54,332 nt of DNA from a virus (Duplodnaviria > Caudoviricetes), in the IMG/VR virus record IMGVR_UViG_3300011115_000623, positions 1 to 54,332 of that record; one strand, written 5' to 3'. Position numbers and translations under genes: made by a program. Position 1 is the stretch's first letter. Each line of letters starts with the position of its first letter. The notes beneath the pieces are model-generated. The model had not been told where the DNA came from and did no database searches. It saw only the letters and a list, made by a program, of their open reading frames with translations. Below are positions 31,987-41,319 of the stretch, piece after piece.

Positions 31987-34900
31987 ATGGCCGATTGCAC
32001 GTATCGGTTCACCGACGCGGATGGCAAACAGCGTGTCATAAAAGGCCAAGCCGCGTTCAAAGCGTACCTGGCCAGTGGTGGCCTTCAGCACCTGATGCCC
32101 AGCGCCAAGGTGGCGTTCAGCGGCAAGCAGACCGAGACCCCGGAATTCAAGCGTTGGTTCGGCGACAGCAAAGTGGTGGACGCCGAAGGCAAACCCCTGG
32201 TGGTTTACCACGGCAGCGTTGCCCGAGGCGTGACGGTGTTTGATACTACCCGCGTTACCACCCGCAGCGCCAAGGGCGACTTGGCTGGCACCTACTTTAC
32301 AAGCAGCCCAGAAGCGGCTTACGGTTATACGCGGGACTTTGGCGCAAGCCTGCCCTTGACTGGATCGAAGGCAGGTACTAAGGCTCCAAGGGGTGACGTT
32401 ACCCAGGCTTACCTCAAGATTGAGAACCCGCTCAACACCACCGCCGCAATCAAAAAATATCGCAAGCAGGGCCTGTCGTTTGGGGACGCCAAGCGCAAGG
32501 CCCTTGAGGCCCTCACGCCTGAGCATGACGGCGTCATCTTTGACGGCGACAAACTAAACCCACCCGAGTACGTGGTGTTCAAGCCCACCCAGATCAAATC
32601 CGCCACCGACAACAACGGCCAGTTCGACGCGACCAACCCGGACATCCGGTTCAGCCCCAGGCAAGACCTCAAGCCGGAAGACGTGCTCAAGCCGGAAACC
32701 GTCATTAAGGCCCGAGAGGCCATTGCCAAGTACAAGAAAGCCGAGCCGCCTGACCCGTTGTCAGCGGCGGATCGCGCGCACGGCGAAGACCTGCTGAAGC
32801 CTTTGTTCGCAGCGGCAGAGCGCAACAAGCCCGCGTTCGACACGACCCTGGACAAGATCGCCGAAAGCGTCGGCGGCTACGCCAAGAAGCCTGGTATCAA
32901 GAAGCCGTTCCGCGCAGTCACCAAGCTGGCCATCGAGAACGGTTACGACCCGGCCACCATGAAAGACCTGTTGCGAGGCACTGTCGTGGTGGAGACGCCG
33001 GAAGACGCGCAGCGGGTGATTGACGAGATCGGCAAGGTCTACAAGTTCGACCGGATCAAGAACCGACTGTCGATTGACCTGACCGACAACAAGGGCGAGA
33101 CCCTACAAGGCAAGCCGTTGTCGACCGGGTACCAAGACGTGCTGACCAACGTGGTGTTGGATGACGGGACTGTTGCCGAAATTCAGATCAGCACGCCAGG
33201 GATGCTGGCTGCTAAGAACCTTGGCCATGAGATTTACGCGTTTGAGCGCGAGATGCCACCCAGCCCGGTCAAGGCCAAGATGGTCGACATCCAGAAGCAG
33301 ATTTACGCCGAAGGCGCAAACTTTGGCCGGGCAACGCAGGCGTCAAACACGCGCTTGAATTCAGCTCTGTCGACCGGGTCGGCTTTCTCACGCACGTCCG
33401 AAGGGTTGCGCGGGGAGGGAGCCGGTAGCCAGGCGGTGGCCGAACGCCAATCTGGCGAGACCGTCACAGGCACTTCGTTCCAGTCGAAGAACATGGTGCC
33501 GGGGGCTAAGGAATCAAAATCGAATTTCATTGGAACCTCCGGCCTGATTATACCTGAAAGCATTGGTATCAACGTCAACCAAGACGGAAAAAACCAGTAC
33601 GCTGACAAGATCGTTGACGGAGAAAAGACACTCGAAACCAGGACGTCGGACTCGCTTCGCCCATACGTCGGCAAGCGGGTCGCCATTGTGCGTACTGGGG
33701 ACGGCCCGGCCAAAGCCATTGGCGCGGTGACGATTGGCGAGCCGATCAAGGTGACGACGCAAAAGCAGTTTGACCAATACCGCGACCAGACCCTGATCCC
33801 CAAGGATTCCAAGTTCGACATCGCGCCTGGCCAGATCAAGTACATGTACCCCTTGGAGAACCCGGTCCGGTACTCTGACGAAAGAGACGTCGGCCAGGGA
33901 ATCGTTGCGCGCAAAGTGATGCTGCCTAGCCGAGCTGGCCAGAAGAACGCAGCGGCCAGCCGGGTGGAGGGCACAAGCGCCGACCGATTCAAACGCACTG
34001 AGCAGCTCCAGCAAGCCGTGGCGGACCTGCAAGAGGGCAAGATCACCAGGACCGAATACAACCGCATGGTGGACGAATTGCGTCCAGTGCAGCCCTATGC
34101 TGCGGTGCCTGCCGTTACGACGCCCAAAGACGCGCGCTATGCCCTGGAGCATGGCCGGGGGCAGAGCCCGGAGAAGGCAGCCAAGTATGGCGTGCCATCC
34201 ATGACTTTGAAGAAAGGCGACTGGGCACAGCTTCGCCTGGACATTCCTTCGTACCAGGAGCACGATGCCTGGGTCGTCAGCGTCCATACGCCGAAGTCAA
34301 CCAACCGCGAAGTGCAGTCTGCATACGACGCTGGCCCGGTGGTGGGGTATGAGTCGGTGGCCGCTCTCACAGACGTGACCTTTGGCATGAACCAGAAGGC
34401 CGCAGCCAAGATCGCTACGGGGTCCGCCAAGGGCACGATTGCCACCATGCTGGGTAAGTGGTCACCCATCAGCAAAGAAGCCGCCAAAGCCCGCGCTGAC
34501 GCCGCGCTGAACGATCCAGCCTGGACCCAGGTCGGCATGGACCCATTCCGCCACAGCTACTTCTACGACCGCGACACCATGCGCCCCGTGCTCAGCGCGG
34601 ACGAAGTGATCCAGGTCGGCCCCCTGGTGCTGGCCAAGAACGTCAAGTTCGGTCTGGACACAGACATCACCGGCGCGCCCATCGCGTTCAGCCAACGCCA
34701 GCCGATGGGCAAAGAGACCGAGGGCTGGCTGCTCAGCCGCGACGCCACCGGCCGCTTCCGCTTCGGCGCGGGTGCCAAGGCTTACCGATACGTGGCAGAC
34801 GTGGCCAACGACGTGCTCGACCGCATAGCCATGAAGCCGGTCAGCCAAGACCTCAAGCGGGCGATGCGCAAGATGCGCATGGAGATCGACAAGGCCCAGA

Positions 34901-37113
34901 ACCTGACAGTCGAAGTGGCCAAGAACATGAAGGACCTGCCAGAGCAGGAGCGCGAGATGGTCAGCGATGTGATCGAAGCCGAGCTGAAGCGCGGTGCCAA
35001 ACCGCCCAAGCGCGTGCTGGAGATCGCGGCCACCATGCAGTCGATCATGTCCGAGCAATCGGCGGAACTGGTGCGCCTGGGCATGCTGACGCCAGAAGCC
35101 GCTGGCCGCTGGGACGGCAAGTACCTGCCTCGCTTCTACGAAAAGACTTTGGGCGATGAGACCAAAGCCTGGATGAAAGCGGTCAAGGGTTTGCTTGGTC
35201 GCAAGAAAACCATGCAGGGTATCGGCGGCAGCAGCCTCAAGGCGCGCGGCATGTTCGAGAGCGTGCCCGTTGCAGACCTGGCTGACTGGGAAGCAAACGG
35301 TTGGGAAGTGCGAGACGACGCATTCGATCCAGCGGTCGATGACCAGATCACGGTCTGGCGCGACTACACGCGCACAGAGCGCGATGACATGGGCGAGATT
35401 CGTGACTCGATGTTCCGCTTCGTTATGGGGTACAACAAGAGCCAACGCGACATCGCACTGGGCCGGTTGTACGAAAACCTGGCCAGCAACTACGCAAGCC
35501 GAATCGAGAAGGAGGGCTACGTGCAAGTGCCATCCACAAACGTGGAAGACACGTATGCCAAGCGTTACGGCAAGCTGGCGGGCAAGTGGGTGCCTAAAGA
35601 AATTCTGGATCAACTGGTGGCGTTCGACACAAGCATGCAGAACGATCTGCTGAAGATGTACCTGAAGGGTCTGTCGATGTGGAAAGAGGGCAAGACCGTC
35701 CTCAACCCAGTCGCTCACGCAAACAACGTGATGTCGAACATCACGATGGCTCACTTCGCTGGCGTGTCTTACTGGGACGGCCACAAGTACGTGGGCGCGA
35801 TCAAAGACCTGGTCAAGAAAGACGCCATGGTGACTGAAGCCCAGGACGCGGGTTTGTTCAGCGGCACGTTCAACCACGCCGAACTGATGGACGCCATGCC
35901 CGAGCAATTGCGCGCGCTGGCCCAGATGTCAGAGAGCAAGGCCAAGAAGGCAGTCGACATGATCTGGAACGCGATGTCTTTGTGGTTGCGCAAACCCCTG
36001 GGCAAAGCATACGCTGCCGAGGATGACTTCTTCCGATACATGATTTACCGCGATGCGCGCAACAAGGGTCTAAGCCCGGACGACGCTGTCGACTACGCGC
36101 TCCAGTACATGTTCTCTTACGACGACATGCCAAAGGGCGCACGGATTATTCGGGACGTGCCCATCGGTTTGCCTTTCTTTGCGTACACGTATAACGTCGT
36201 GCCCGCCCTGGCCAAAACCGCACTGGAGCAGCCGTGGCGTTATGCCGCCCCAGCGGTGGCTTTGTACACAATCAACGCGGCTATGTACGCAATGGCTGCC
36301 AGCCTGGGTGGCGGTGATGACGAAGACTGGTGGACCGTGATCCAGCGTTACCTGACCGACCCGGAATTCCGGGACCGGGCCAAGAAGATGGAAGAGCAGG
36401 AGCGCAAGAACTTGCCGCCTTGGCAAAAGGGCGAGAGCTTGATGCTGGGCACCGAGAAGACGATCCGCCTGGGTATGGACGACATGACCAACCTGCCCGT
36501 GTTCCTGGACGTCAGCCGGATATTCCCAGGCGGCGACATCTTCGACGCACACAACAATGCAGGCGGCATGCCGATCATTGCTCCGCTCATGCCCAACAGC
36601 CCGATCCTCACAACCATCGCGGCGATTGCGTACAACGAAGACACGTTCCGTGGACGGGACATCACCGACAAGACGGACACCAGCGCGGAAGCTGCCGCAA
36701 AACGAGCAGCGTTTATGTGGCGTCAGATGACACCGGCAATTGCCATCGGCAACACTCACTTTGAGCGCGCCATGAACGTGATCGCCAACGTCACGGGCGA
36801 GGTCGTCAAGACGCCCCTGGCCGACTACACCGGCATTGGCAAAGACGGCGTGCCGATCATGCCCGGCTACGCTGCTATGCAGACGGTCGGTATCAAGGCC
36901 CGACCAATCGACCTGGCTGCATCGGAGAAGTTTGCAAAGGCCGAGCAAAAGCGCATGGTGACCGAGGTCAACATTAAGATGAGCAGTTTGCGCAAGCAGC
37001 GCAACAAGGGCTCAATCAGCGACGAGACCGCCGAGGCCGAACTGGAAAAGCTGCGCGAGAAGAAGCGCAACCTCAAGCAAGGTCTGACCCTGGAAGGCGA
37101 AGAGAAAGACTAG
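31987..37113 (+). CDS. Giant polyvalent virion protein 2: ART-PolyVal + RelA/SpoT-like synthetase + ASCH + unknown + LPD38-like C-terminus
   Basis: FKRWFGDSKVVD..GKPLVVYHG...YFT...DGVI...YVVF.PTQIKSA; IKK..R...K...KDLLRG...GYQD....EIQI...K..GH.IY; YADKIVDGEKTLETR. Confidence 0.85.
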   Translation: MADCTYRFTDADGKQRVIKGQAAFKAYLASGGLQHLMPSAKVAFSGKQTETPEFKRWFGDSKVVDAEGKPLVVYHGSVARGVTVFDTTRVTTRSAKGDLAGTYFTSSPEAAYGYTRDFGASLPLTGSKAGTKAPRGDVTQAYLKIENPLNTTAAIKKYRKQGLSFGDAKRKALEALTPEHDGVIFDGDKLNPPEYVVFKPTQIKSATDNNGQFDATNPDIRFSPRQDLKPEDVLKPETVIKAREAIAKYKKAEPPDPLSAADRAHGEDLLKPLFAAAERNKPAFDTTLDKIAESVGGYAKKPGIKKPFRAVTKLAIENGYDPATMKDLLRGTVVVETPEDAQRVIDEIGKVYKFDRIKNRLSIDLTDNKGETLQGKPLSTGYQDVLTNVVLDDGTVAEIQISTPGMLAAKNLGHEIYAFEREMPPSPVKAKMVDIQKQIYAEGANFGRATQASNTRLNSALSTGSAFSRTSEGLRGEGAGSQAVAERQSGETVTGTSFQSKNMVPGAKESKSNFIGTSGLIIPESIGINVNQDGKNQYADKIVDGEKTLETRTSDSLRPYVGKRVAIVRTGDGPAKAIGAVTIGEPIKVTTQKQFDQYRDQTLIPKDSKFDIAPGQIKYMYPLENPVRYSDERDVGQGIVARKVMLPSRAGQKNAAASRVEGTSADRFKRTEQLQQAVADLQEGKITRTEYNRMVDELRPVQPYAAVPAVTTPKDARYALEHGRGQSPEKAAKYGVPSMTLKKGDWAQLRLDIPSYQEHDAWVVSVHTPKSTNREVQSAYDAGPVVGYESVAALTDVTFGMNQKAAAKIATGSAKGTIATMLGKWSPISKEAAKARADAALNDPAWTQVGMDPFRHSYFYDRDTMRPVLSADEVIQVGPLVLAKNVKFGLDTDITGAPIAFSQRQPMGKETEGWLLSRDATGRFRFGAGAKAYRYVADVANDVLDRIAMKPVSQDLKRAMRKMRMEIDKAQNLTVEVAKNMKDLPEQEREMVSDVIEAELKRGAKPPKRVLEIAATMQSIMSEQSAELVRLGMLTPEAAGRWDGKYLPRFYEKTLGDETKAWMKAVKGLLGRKKTMQGIGGSSLKARGMFESVPVADLADWEANGWEVRDDAFDPAVDDQITVWRDYTRTERDDMGEIRDSMFRFVMGYNKSQRDIALGRLYENLASNYASRIEKEGYVQVPSTNVEDTYAKRYGKLAGKWVPKEILDQLVAFDTSMQNDLLKMYLKGLSMWKEGKTVLNPVAHANNVMSNITMAHFAGVSYWDGHKYVGAIKDLVKKDAMVTEAQDAGLFSGTFNHAELMDAMPEQLRALAQMSESKAKKAVDMIWNAMSLWLRKPLGKAYAAEDDFFRYMIYRDARNKGLSPDDAVDYALQYMFSYDDMPKGARIIRDVPIGLPFFAYTYNVVPALAKTALEQPWRYAAPAVALYTINAAMYAMAASLGGGDDEDWWTVIQRYLTDPEFRDRAKKMEEQERKNLPPWQKGESLMLGTEKTIRLGMDDMTNLPVFLDVSRIFPGGDIFDAHNNAGGMPIIAPLMPNSPILTTIAAIAYNEDTFRGRDITDKTDTSAEAAAKRAAFMWRQMTPAIAIGNTHFERAMNVIANVTGEVVKTPLADYTGIGKDGVPIMPGYAAMQTVGIKARPIDLAASEKFAKAEQKRMVTEVNIKMSSLRKQRNKGSISDETAEAELEKLREKKRNLKQGLTLEGEEKD
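33303..33530 (-). CDS. Nested antisense gene, 75 aa (MKFDFDSLAPGTMFFDWNEVPVTVSPDW...); candidate immunity protein for the RelA/SpoT-like domain
   Basis: GGAGG 5 nt before ATG; perfect TATAAT 6 nt further upstream; occupies exactly the linker between the synthetase and ASCH domains. Confidence 0.7.
   Translation of the reverse strand: MKFDFDSLAPGTMFFDWNEVPVTVSPDWRSATAWLPAPSPRNPSDVREKADPVDRAEFKRVFDACVARPKFAPSA
33536..33578 (-). promoter_or_regulatory. Internal antisense promoter/RBS for the nested gene
   Basis: TATAAT (33547-33552), GGAGG (33536-33540); candidate -35 boxes TTGATA and TTGACG are at non-ideal 14- and 20-nt spacing. Confidence 0.5.
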
Positions 37114-37340
37114 CCCGGCGGCGGGCAGTTTTCTGGGATCGGAACAGCCACCCACACGGCTGCGTACTGGCCCCTGTTGGGTCCCATCCATCGGTCGATG
37201 TAGCAGTCGGCCATCTTGACCAGGCCGCGTCTGACGCTGTCTTCATCCAAGCCGGTGCGATCCGCCAAGTCGGGCACGGTGAGCCCGTCCGGGTTGCGCA
37301 GCAAATGGGCGCGGATGGTGGGGTGCTGTGATACGGTCAT
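37110..37340 (-). CDS. Small winged-HTH-like protein
   Basis: DGLTVPDLADRTGLDEDSVRRGL; YIDRW. Confidence 0.7.
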   Translation of the reverse strand: MTVSQHPTIRAHLLRNPDGLTVPDLADRTGLDEDSVRRGLVKMADCYIDRWMGPNRGQYAAVWVAVPIPENCPPPG

Positions 37341-37708
37341 GCGTATTCCCGTCTTGGCTTGGCTAGGTTAAAAACAAAGTTCATGGTGTTGTGCGCAGCA
37401 CGCTTCTTGTCGCTGCGCTTGCGGTTGTCCCGGCGGTTGGCCTGCCTGTTGGGTTTCTTCGCGTCAGGCAGATCACCGACGGCATAGATTGCCCTGGGAT
37501 AGCGACGCCCGTGCTCGCTGTCGTGCGTGTAGCCTGAGATGTAAATGCGCTGGGGTATCTTCGGCCCGCCCTTGGCCAGGCGAGTGATGACAGCAGAGCA
37601 GTTCATTCGGTCCATCCCAATGTGAAAACAGATTTCGCTGCGCGTCATTGGCCCGTAGGTTTCAAGCGTGTGAAGGATACGGGCGACTGTGGAGCCGTAG
37701 GGTTTCAC
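37337..37708 (-). CDS. HTH-like DNA-binding protein
   Basis: GPMTRSEICFHIG; coupled to neighbours. Confidence 0.7.
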   Translation of the reverse strand: MKPYGSTVARILHTLETYGPMTRSEICFHIGMDRMNCSAVITRLAKGGPKIPQRIYISGYTHDSEHGRRYPRAIYAVGDLPDAKKPNRQANRRDNRKRSDKKRAAHNTMNFVFNLAKPRREYA

Positions 37709-38046
37709 GCGTTCTGGTCCTTCAACAGCTTCTCAATCGCTTCGGCAAACTGCTTAAACCCCGGCGGAAGCCTGGCGGTTTTGGGGTCTATAAATTTCAA
37801 CGCCATCAGCCGTTGCTCATCGGTCAGCCCGCGCCAGGGTTTGCGGTAGTCCTGGATGTCGTCGTCATCGTCCAACAAGGCCCGCATCTTTTTGTTTTTG
37901 TTTTCTTGCTCGGCCAAATACTCGGGTGTTAGCACGGAAGACGGTGGCCAACCCAACTTGTCCGCAGCCATCTGCCGCTTGGCCGGGAAGCCCCCGCCCT
38001 GCCTGCGCTCCATCTCTTCCCAGGCTTCATCCTCTGGTGTTTTCAT
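37705..38046 (-). CDS. Hypothetical protein (MKTPEDEAW...WRGLTDEQ...FAEAIEKLLK)
   Basis: ATG at 38046 overlaps the upstream stop; common phage C-terminal motif. Confidence 0.7.
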   Translation of the reverse strand: MKTPEDEAWEEMERRQGGGFPAKRQMAADKLGWPPSSVLTPEYLAEQENKNKKMRALLDDDDDIQDYRKPWRGLTDEQRLMALKFIDPKTARLPPGFKQFAEAIEKLLKDQNA

Positions 38047-38255
38047 AACATTCCATTCTTGAGTGTGATGCAGGTGCCTTCGATCTGGGTGATCATCTGT
38101 CCGCCTTTGAGGGCCATCTTTTGCATGTGTTCTTTTTGGGCATCTAGCGCGGCGCGGCACTGCTGTTCGGACTTGAACCAGGTTTGGGCTTGCATAAATT
38201 CACAATTGCCGTTCATACAAAGGAAAAGCACGGGAACAAAAATAACTTGGATCAT
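38043..38255 (-). CDS. Small Cys-containing, possibly exported protein
   Basis: ATGA-coupled start at 38255; hydrophobic N-terminus. Confidence 0.65.
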   Translation of the reverse strand: MIQVIFVPVLFLCMNGNCEFMQAQTWFKSEQQCRAALDAQKEHMQKMALKGGQMITQIEGTCITLKNGML

Positions 38256-38359
38256 GTGATTAACCACCAAACAATGCTGCCGAGACCGGCAATAAAAAAG
38301 ATAAAAGCAATGACCGAAATGGCAGTGACTGCCAGGTCATCAAGCTCTTCGTCGTTCAT
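38252..38359 (-). CDS. 35-aa membrane peptide (MNDEELDDLAVTAISVIAFIFFIAGLGSIVWWLIT)
   Basis: Translated by hand; GGAG RBS; ATGA overlaps on both sides. Confidence 0.6.
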   Translation of the reverse strand: MNDEELDDLAVTAISVIAFIFFIAGLGSIVWWLIT

Positions 38360-38493
38360 CTGCACTTCTCCGTAAAGGCCGATGCCACGGTGCGGCATTT
38401 GGGCTCAGCCGTTTTATAGCCCAGGTAGAAGCACACGACTATTAGGGTTGATACGAATCCCAGCATTTGGAAGAAGGCGATGACGTGTCTCAT
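38356..38493 (-). CDS. 45-aa membrane peptide (MRHVIAFFQMLGFVSTLIVVCFYLGY...)
   Basis: Translated by hand; AAGGAG RBS; ATGA overlaps. Confidence 0.6.
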   Translation of the reverse strand: MRHVIAFFQMLGFVSTLIVVCFYLGYKTAEPKCRTVASAFTEKCR

Positions 38494-38645
38494 GTCGGTA
38501 GCTCCTTGTTAAATACAAAATCCAGGGCTTGCAATGCCTGGTACAACTCCCTGATTTCCTGGCGCAGTTGCTGGTCGGTGGCGCGGCTTTCACCGCGCAG
38601 CTCAGCCAGCTTGGCCGTCGCCGCTTCAAGCTGGTCGTTTGTCAT
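38490..38645 (-). CDS. 51-aa coiled-coil peptide (MTNDQLEAATAKLAELRG...)
   Basis: Translated by hand; completes the coupled gene chain. Confidence 0.55.
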   Translation of the reverse strand: MTNDQLEAATAKLAELRGESRATDQQLRQEIRELYQALQALDFVFNKELPT

Positions 38646-38823
38646 TGATCTTCTCGATCCATGCGATGACGTCGGATTCCAGCCATACCAGACGCCTGCT
38701 GCCGGGCACCCGGAACCTGGGCGGCAGTACGTCTGGTCGGCGACGCGCGTCTGACTTGATGGTCTCTTCGCTTCTGCGCAAGAGCTTGGCCAGGTCGGCT
38801 GGGCCTAGTGTTTTCAAGCCCAT
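38626..38823 (-). CDS. AlpA/excisionase-like HTH protein
   Basis: LGPADLAKLLRRSEETI...LPP...W.ESDVIAWI. Confidence 0.75.
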   Translation of the reverse strand: MGLKTLGPADLAKLLRRSEETIKSDARRRPDVLPPRFRVPGSRRLVWLESDVIAWIEKINDKRPA

Positions 38824-39044
38824 GACGGCTTCTCCACTTCTGCGAGTTTTTCCAAGTAGTGCTGGAGTTTGCCGTTGTCATCGGTCCCGTCTTTGCGGCC
38901 CGACCGCATCCCGTACTTGATGATGTTGCCCTTGAGAAAGCCAACAAACTCATCATGCGTCAGCACGGCCTGCATCACGGTCCAGGGTTGCACGGCCATG
39001 TCTTTGTAGTGGCTGCCGCCCACTTGTTTTTCGTCTGCGTTCAT
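38814..39044 (-). CDS. DUF3310-like protein
   Basis: QVGGSHYK...GFLKGNIIKY..R.GRK. Confidence 0.85.
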   Translation of the reverse strand: MNADEKQVGGSHYKDMAVQPWTVMQAVLTHDEFVGFLKGNIIKYGMRSGRKDGTDDNGKLQHYLEKLAEVEKPSWA

Positions 39045-41059
39045 CAGTCTATTTCCTTCATGTAGTAGGTTGTTGAAAATCCGTCTGCCCGCAAAGGCAA
39101 ACCCGGTGCCCATGCAATGTCCCGCCCCATGATCGCTTCGATCTCAAGCAGGGCATCGTGGTTTTCTGTCTCGACGATGATTTCGTCGTGGACGGTGAAC
39201 AGTTGCGAGTAGCCCGCCCGATCCAAGGCAAGCATGGACTCGGCCAAGCAGTCGCGCGCAATGGCCTGGGTGATGTTCTCCACCAGCTTGCCGCCGTAGG
39301 TAGCGAGCCTGGTCCAGGTCTTGGTCTTCTGGTCCATGCCTTCGTATGTCAAAGACCCGGCACGCGCCACAGTGAAGCTCGCACCGCTGGCGGTCTCGCG
39401 GATCAGGTCTTCGGACTCGATCCGTGGCTTGACGTAGAACAGCTTGCGCTTGGACGGGAGCTCGATTGAGAGAAAGCCCGACTCCCAGGTAAACGTCACC
39501 GGGCAGTACTTGTTGTTTACCGCCAATCTTGTTTGGTTTTTGTGCATCACCGCGTGCTTGGCCGAAAGCTCGACCGCGTACCAAAGGTCCACGATCTCCG
39601 GGTTGGCCGCGCGCCAGGCGTCCTTGATGGGGTCCAGCTCGTCCTCTGTCAGGCCCATGGCCAGCGCGCCCATGGTTTTTAGCGCACCGGCTCCGCCCTG
39701 GTAGCCCAGAGCCAGCTCGGCGATCTTGCCCTTCTGCCGGTAGGGTGACTTCTTGGTCACCGATCCAGGTGGCAGTTTGAACATCTGCTCAGCAGACGCT
39801 TCGTAGATTTTGCCGTGTGTCTTAAACACATCCAGACGCCACGCGCACCGTGCCAGCCAAGCGATCACACGGGCCTCAATGGCGCTGAAATCGACCGGCA
39901 TGAGGGTAGCCCCTGGCCGGGCAATAAAAGACGTCCTGATGAGCTGTGAAAGCGTGTCAGGCACGTTGCCAAAGAGTGTCTCCAGCAGCTCGAACTGGCG
40001 GCTGCGCACCAAGTCGCGCGCCAGGTCCAGGTCTTTGAGTTTGTTCTGAGGCAGGTTCTGCACCTGGACGATCCGGCCAGCCCACCGGCCAGTGCGGTTG
40101 GCACCGTAGAACTGGGTCAGCCCGCGCACGCGGTCGTCCTTGCACATCGCCCTGGCCATGGCGTGGTACTTGGACACGCTTGTCTTGGCCAGCTCCTGGC
40201 GCAGCTCAAGCACCCGGCGCACGATGGCGCTGTCGGTGTTGGCCAACAGGCCGGGCACGGTCTTCTTGGTCAGGTCGACGATAGTGTCGTCTTCCTCTTC
40301 CTCTTGCAGCCACTTCAGCAGTTGATCGCGGCTGTTGGGATTGTCCAGGCCGGTGAGCTTCTCTGCTTCGGCCAGGGTGCGGGCGCGCACGATCCCGTCG
40401 CACTCAATGGCAGCCTCGACCAGGTCGCGGTCCAGCATCGCGCCTTGGGTCATCATCCGGTGATCCAGGTGCCAGAGCTTCCACTCCTTCTCGGGCACGG
40501 GAAACTTGGCCAGCTTCTGCGCGATGGCGTCTTCGGAATCAACGTCCCTGGCGCAGTAGTCTTTGAACAGAGCCCACTTGGCTGGGTCGTGATGGGGCAG
40601 GTTGCGCGTGCGGCCGCCGTTCGCTTTGGTCGGCTTGCATGGCAGGCAAAAGTATTTGACCAGGCCCCAGCCGATGGACATCTTCTGCTTGTCAGGCGGC
40701 AGACCGACCACGCGGCCCACGTCGTTTAGGTTGCCTGGCATGCCCAGGTAGAGGGCGTGGACGCTGGTGCATCTCCACTGCGTGACGTCAAGCGGGTCGA
40801 CCATTAGCTTGTTCAAGCAGGCCAGCTCGAAGGCCGCGTTGTATGCGGTCTTCAGAATCTTGGGATCGTAAAGGGCAAGGATGATATGGGCGGGCAGCTC
40901 TTCGCCCTGGGCTAGGTCGATGACGTTGACCTGGCCGTCGCCATACTTGTAACCAAAAAGCGTGATCTCGAACGCGTCCGACTCGACGTACTTATGCACG
41001 CCGCACTTCTTCAGGTCGACGTCGCTGTACGTTTCCAAGTCGATTCGTAATGTGATCAT
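39044..41059 (-). CDS. polA: DNA polymerase, family A, with 3'-5' exonuclease
   Basis: IDLETYS, AYNAAFE, YCARDV; DFSAIEARV (motif A), RQKGKIAELALGY (motif B), TVHDEI (motif C); start could be 41068. Confidence 0.95.
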   Translation of the reverse strand: MITLRIDLETYSDVDLKKCGVHKYVESDAFEITLFGYKYGDGQVNVIDLAQGEELPAHIILALYDPKILKTAYNAAFELACLNKLMVDPLDVTQWRCTSVHALYLGMPGNLNDVGRVVGLPPDKQKMSIGWGLVKYFCLPCKPTKANGGRTRNLPHHDPAKWALFKDYCARDVDSEDAIAQKLAKFPVPEKEWKLWHLDHRMMTQGAMLDRDLVEAAIECDGIVRARTLAEAEKLTGLDNPNSRDQLLKWLQEEEEDDTIVDLTKKTVPGLLANTDSAIVRRVLELRQELAKTSVSKYHAMARAMCKDDRVRGLTQFYGANRTGRWAGRIVQVQNLPQNKLKDLDLARDLVRSRQFELLETLFGNVPDTLSQLIRTSFIARPGATLMPVDFSAIEARVIAWLARCAWRLDVFKTHGKIYEASAEQMFKLPPGSVTKKSPYRQKGKIAELALGYQGGAGALKTMGALAMGLTEDELDPIKDAWRAANPEIVDLWYAVELSAKHAVMHKNQTRLAVNNKYCPVTFTWESGFLSIELPSKRKLFYVKPRIESEDLIRETASGASFTVARAGSLTYEGMDQKTKTWTRLATYGGKLVENITQAIARDCLAESMLALDRAGYSQLFTVHDEIIVETENHDALLEIEAIMGRDIAWAPGLPLRADGFSTTYYMKEID

Positions 41060-41319
41060 CGGATGCATTCCACGTCAACAATCACCGGAAAACCTTCGCC
41101 CATTTGACAACCAATAATGTTGAAGTCAACATAATCTTCAGCATCGTTTTTAGCCATAAACCGGGCCACAATCTCCACCAATTTAAGACGGTCGTATGCA
41201 ACACTTGCATAGCCGTGGACTTGTTCTGCTACGCCAATGATTGCCTCATCATAAGTAGGCGGCTCAAGAAAGATGGGGTCCTCGATATACGCCAAAATCT
41301 TTTCTCTTATCGTCGTCAT
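41056..41319 (-). CDS. Conserved phage protein (YDEAIIG...AEDYVDFNIIG..MGE..P)
   Basis: GGAG RBS; recognisable motif. Confidence 0.75.
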   Translation of the reverse strand: MTTIREKILAYIEDPIFLEPPTYDEAIIGVAEQVHGYASVAYDRLKLVEIVARFMAKNDAEDYVDFNIIGCQMGEGFPVIVDVECIR

